From an uncultured Actinomycetota bacterium (GTDB taxonomy: Bacteria > Actinomycetota > Actinomycetes > Actinomycetales > Microbacteriaceae): 64,000 bases of DNA. Positions 60,678-64,000 of the stretch are shown here, one piece after another. The DNA lies in contig CAVWNJ010000005.1 in the NCBI GenBank assembly GCA_963756375.1, positions 1,640,440-1,704,439 of the forward strand, written 5' to 3'. Numbering within the stretch: position 1 is the first letter of the stretch; each line of letters opens with the position of its first letter. Both the position numbers and the translations under genes were made by a program. The notes under the pieces are model-generated. The model worked only from the letters and a program-made list of their open reading frames with translations, did not search any database and was not told where the DNA came from.

Positions 60678-61168
60678 CTCGCCCCCGACAGCAGGAACGG
60701 CCACGGCAGCAGCACGGCCGCGCCGACGATCAGCCAGACCACCCGCACGATCTGCCGACGCCCGCGGGTGAGGAGCACGGTGACGAAGAACCAGACGGCG
60801 GGCGACGCGATCGCGAGGAATTCGCCGAGTTGATACATGATCTCGAAGAACAGGGTGGGCGAGGAGAACGGATCCCGTTGAACCCCCAGGATCCACCCGA
60901 CGGTGTAGAGCAGATAGATGCCGGCGAGGATGCCGTAGCTCACGAGCAGCGGCGAGCTCAGCCGAGCCGCAGCGTCGCCTGACCCCGCCTCATCGGCGTC
61001 GGCGGCGTCATCGGCACCGTCGGGGTTCGCGGATGCGCGTTCCGCCCGTCTGCCGTCCACGTGGGTCGGGTCCCCCGACTCATCGCCCCACCCCAGGGCA
61101 TCCTCGTCGTCTCCGGCCACCCCTCGACTGTACCGGCGAGCGACACGGGCAAGAGCATCCGAGATCAT
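60671..61168 (-). CDS. hypothetical membrane protein with acidic N-terminal region
   Basis: 165 aa. ATG 61166-61168. Asp/Ala-rich N-terminus then 3 TM. Confidence 0.4.
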   Translation of the reverse strand: MISDALARVARRYSRGVAGDDEDALGWGDESGDPTHVDGRRAERASANPDGADDAADADEAGSGDAAARLSSPLLVSYGILAGIYLLYTVGWILGVQRDPFSSPTLFFEIMYQLGEFLAIASPAVWFFVTVLLTRGRRQIVRVVWLIVGAAVLLPWPFLLSGASA

Positions 61169-61292
61169 GCGTCTGCATACACGCCGCGGAATGGCAATGG
61201 GCTGAGAACGTTACCAAACCGGGTTAGGGTACTCCCTGGCCCGGCGTAGGTGCCAGCCACTAGATCAATGACGACTCAAGGGGACACACACC

Positions 61293-62684
61293 ATGGGATT
61301 TCTCGACCGCGAACATAGCGTTGCCCCTCCCGGGTTCAACCGCTGGCTCATTCCGCCGGCTGCTCTCGCCGTTCACCTCTGCATCGGCCAGGCTTACGCC
61401 ACCAGCGTCTACAAGAACGCCCTCGTCGCGCACTTCAACGCCAGCCTCACCCAGATCGGAATCATCTTCTCGATCGCCATCGTGATGCTCGGCCTCTCGG
61501 CTGCCGTCATGGGCACCTGGGTGGACCGCAAGGGACCGCGCATGGCCATGTTCACCGCCGCGCTGTTCTGGTCGAGCGGATTCCTCGTGGGCGCGCTCGG
61601 CATCTTCACGAACCAGCTCTGGCTCGTATACCTCGGCTACGGCGTCATCGGCGGCATCGGCCTCGGCATCGGGTACATCTCCCCCGTGTCCACGCTGATC
61701 AAGTGGTTCCCGGACCGTCCGGGACTCGCGACCGGAATGGCGATCATGGGCTTCGGCGGTGGCGCGCTCATCGCGAGCCCCGTGTCGACCGCACTGCTCA
61801 ACGCCTACGACCCCAACGCCGCGGCCAACGGCTTCGCCAGCGGCGACGCCGTGGGCAAGCTTTTCCTCACCCTCGCCGTGATCTACGTCATCTACATGAT
61901 GTTCGGTGCATTCACCATCCGCGTGCCAGCGGCGGGCTGGACCCCCACCGGCTTCGACGCCAGCAAGGTGAAGAAGAAGGCGCTCGTCACCTCCGACAAC
62001 GTGTCGGCCAAGAACGCCATCCGCACCAAGCAGTTCTGGCTGCTCTGGACCGTGCTGTTCTGCAACGTGACCGCGGGAATCGGCATCCTCGAGCAGGCCG
62101 CCCCGATGATCCAGGACTTCTTCCGCCAGTCGGACGGCGTCTCGCTCGTCACCGCGGGTGTGGCCGGCGGCTTCGTCGGACTGCTCTCCATCGGAAACAT
62201 GGCAGGCCGCTTCGTGTGGTCCTCCACCTCCGACATCATCGGTCGCAAGCGCATCTACATGGTCTACCTGGGCGTCGGAGCGGTGCTCTATGTGATCCTC
62301 GCCCTGTTCGGCTTCAGCGCCACCGCGCTGTACGTGATGGTCGCCTTCGTGATCATCTCGTTCTACGGCGGAGGGTTCGCCACGGTTCCCGCGTACCTGC
62401 GCGACCTGTTCGGCACCTTCCAGGTGGGCGCCATCCACGGCCGTCTGCTCACCGCATGGGCCGCAGCGGGCATCGCGGGACCGTTGATCGTCAACGGCTT
62501 CCTCGACGCCCAGGGCACCCCGGGTGAGCTCACCGCTCAGGCCTATCAGCCGGCGTTGCTCACCATGGTCGGCCTGCTCATCATCGGCTTCATCGCCAAC
62601 CTGATGGTCAAGCAGGTGGACTCGAAGTTCCACGAGCCCGTCGCCGCCCGCACCGCTACCGCCGAACCGGCACTGGAGTCCTGA
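61293..62684 (+). CDS. MFS transporter, oxalate/formate antiporter (OFA) family
   Basis: 463 aa with the OFA-family N-terminus (LIPPAALAVHLCIGQAYATSVYKN) and 12 TM. RBS aagggga. Confidence 0.85.
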   Translation: MGFLDREHSVAPPGFNRWLIPPAALAVHLCIGQAYATSVYKNALVAHFNASLTQIGIIFSIAIVMLGLSAAVMGTWVDRKGPRMAMFTAALFWSSGFLVGALGIFTNQLWLVYLGYGVIGGIGLGIGYISPVSTLIKWFPDRPGLATGMAIMGFGGGALIASPVSTALLNAYDPNAAANGFASGDAVGKLFLTLAVIYVIYMMFGAFTIRVPAAGWTPTGFDASKVKKKALVTSDNVSAKNAIRTKQFWLLWTVLFCNVTAGIGILEQAAPMIQDFFRQSDGVSLVTAGVAGGFVGLLSIGNMAGRFVWSSTSDIIGRKRIYMVYLGVGAVLYVILALFGFSATALYVMVAFVIISFYGGGFATVPAYLRDLFGTFQVGAIHGRLLTAWAAAGIAGPLIVNGFLDAQGTPGELTAQAYQPALLTMVGLLIIGFIANLMVKQVDSKFHEPVAARTATAEPALES

Positions 62685-62686
62685 TC

Positions 62687-62790
62687 ATGAAGAACCTGAC
62701 GAATCGTCATCGCCTGGGCCCTCGTGGCCGTCCCGCTCATGTACGGCATCAGCCAGACCCTCATCAAGGTGACTGCGCTGTTCGCCGGCT
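62687..62790 (+). CDS. candidate MFS-associated small membrane subunit (about 34-37 aa), apparently frameshifted
   Basis: ATG at 62687 gives MKNLTN, then the hydrophobic continuation IVIAWALVAVPLMYGISQTLIKVTALFAG lies in the +2 frame and ends at TGA 62788-62790. Confidence 0.35.
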
Positions 62791-62940
62791 GAGTTCGAAC
62801 GGAAACAGAACGACCGCGTGGGCTCCGGCCCGCGCGGTCGTTTTTGTTGTGTACCGGAGTGCTGGTCGCTCAGAACACGATGGTTCCGGATGCCACGGAG
62901 GCGGCAGTTCGCACCCGGCGGCTGTTGGCACCCGAGGGCC

Positions 62941-63647
62941 GTTCACAACTCAGGATGGAGTGGCATCCGCGCCGCAAATCGGGCCCGTGCGGGGGTGCTG
63001 ACGCAATCCGTCCTGAGTTGTGAACAGGAGCCGTGCGGCAGCGGCAGCGGCAGGCGGGCCAGCCGCAGGGGCAGGCGCAGCGCGGCGCCTGCCGCAGTGG
63101 CGCGGCGCCGCCGCCCCCCGCAGCGGCGCGGCGCACGCACCCCACGCCGCAGCCCGCCAGGCCGTTCACAACTCAGGATGGAGTGGCATCCGCGCCGCAA
63201 AACGGGCCCGTGCGGGGGTGCTGACGCAATCCGTCCTGAGTTGTGAACAGGAGCCGTGTGCGCAGGCCGGCAGCGGCAGCGGCAGCGCGGCGCCTGCCGC
63301 AGCGGCGCGGCGCCGCACCCCGCACACCCGCAACCCGCCAGGCCGTTCACAACTCAGGATGGAGTGGCATCCGCGCCGCAAAACGGGCCCGTGCGGGGGT
63401 GCTGACGCAATCCGTCCTGAGTTGTGAACAGGAGCCGTGCGGCAGCGGCAGCGCGGCGCCTGCCGTAGTGGCAGTGGCAGTGGCACCACCAGGGCAGCCG
63501 CAGCGCGGCGCCTGCTGTAGCGGCGCGGCGCCGCACGCCATCACGCCGCAACCCGCCAGGCCGTTCACAACTCAGGATGGAGTGGCATCCGCGCCGCAAA
63601 TCGGGCCCGTGCGGGGGTGCTGACGCAATCCGTCCTGAGTTGTGAAC
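62941..63647. repeat. Array B: four copies of the same roughly 85-bp hairpin element as array A (cores at about 62941-63027, 63164-63247, 63345-63428, 63563-63647) with GC-rich (cggcag)n-like linkers, same orientation as array A
   Basis: Direct reading of the sequence. Period 180-225 bp. Confidence 0.9.
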
Positions 63648-63846
63648 AGGAGCCGCGCGGCAGCGGCAGCGGCAGCGGCCCACCCGCGCGAGCCCTGGGC
63701 GAGGCCTGCACGACCCGGCCGGATGCGACGGAGGGCGACGGCATCCGCGTCTGGGCACACGCGAAAGCGCGGGTGTATTGGACACGCGCGGGTGATGTAA
63801 CACCCGCGCCTGTCCGCAACACCCGCGCTGAGCACGGCTGGCGGTG

Positions 63847-64000
63847 TTAGCGCGCTGCGGAACCGTCGGTGTAGTCCGCGTCCTGCTGCTTCCACGCGAA
63901 GAGGGCGCGGAGCTCCTTGCCCGTGGCCTCGATGGGGTGCGCTGCACCCTTCTCGCGGAGCGCGAGGAACTCGGGGGCTCCGGCATCCTGGTCCTTGATG
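63847..64000 (-). CDS. ilvC: ketol-acid reductoisomerase, 3' end only (5' partial, continues beyond the window)
   Basis: C-terminal translation ...ALREKGAAHPIEATGKELRALFAWKQQ... matches the class I KARI C-terminus (HPIE..GK.LR). Neighbourhood with serA and leuB is typical. Confidence 0.55.
   Translation of the reverse strand, partial: IKDQDAGAPEFLALREKGAAHPIEATGKELRALFAWKQQDADYTDGSAAR

Overview
High-GC (about 70%) actinobacterial chromosome segment, most consistent with Microbacteriaceae. Most of the window is core housekeeping genes in a syntenic order: corA, fadE, rsmD, thiL, ddl-gpsA-plsC-murA, leuDC, an amino-acid dehydrogenase, terC, a four-gene signal-transduction operon, an LLM monooxygenase / FMN reductase / metNIQ sulfur locus, then gltX, ilvE, leuB, serA and a partial ilvC. 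Between about 25.9 kb and 49.1 kb lies an accessory stretch with lower local GC that reads as an integrated island. It contains two minus-strand tRNAs, tRNA-Glu(CTC) and tRNA-Gln(CTG), and a 12-bp direct copy of the tRNA-Gln 3' end at 25888. The most notable content is a leaderless lacticin Q / aureocin A53-family bacteriocin gene (26739-26936) immediately followed by YdbS/YdbT-like bacterial-PH-domain membrane proteins, a two-component system, a flotillin and a DoxX protein. A phage-type GIY-YIG (T5orf172) gene sits at the island edge. A second unusual locus (44.3-45.75 kb) encodes a 38-aa peptide with six Cys behind a CsoR/RicR-type palindrome, followed by a CxxC membrane protein and a rhodanese lipoprotein. 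Two arrays of a roughly 85-bp hairpin-forming repeat fill the intergenic regions at both ends of the window (5.97-6.44 kb and 62.94-63.65 kb). A second GC-rich hairpin repeat family lies upstream of gltX. Several genes are frameshifted at homopolymer runs, which may be sequencing error rather than true pseudogenes. Many long ORFs in the supplied track are antisense artefacts of the GC-rich sequence and are not reported.
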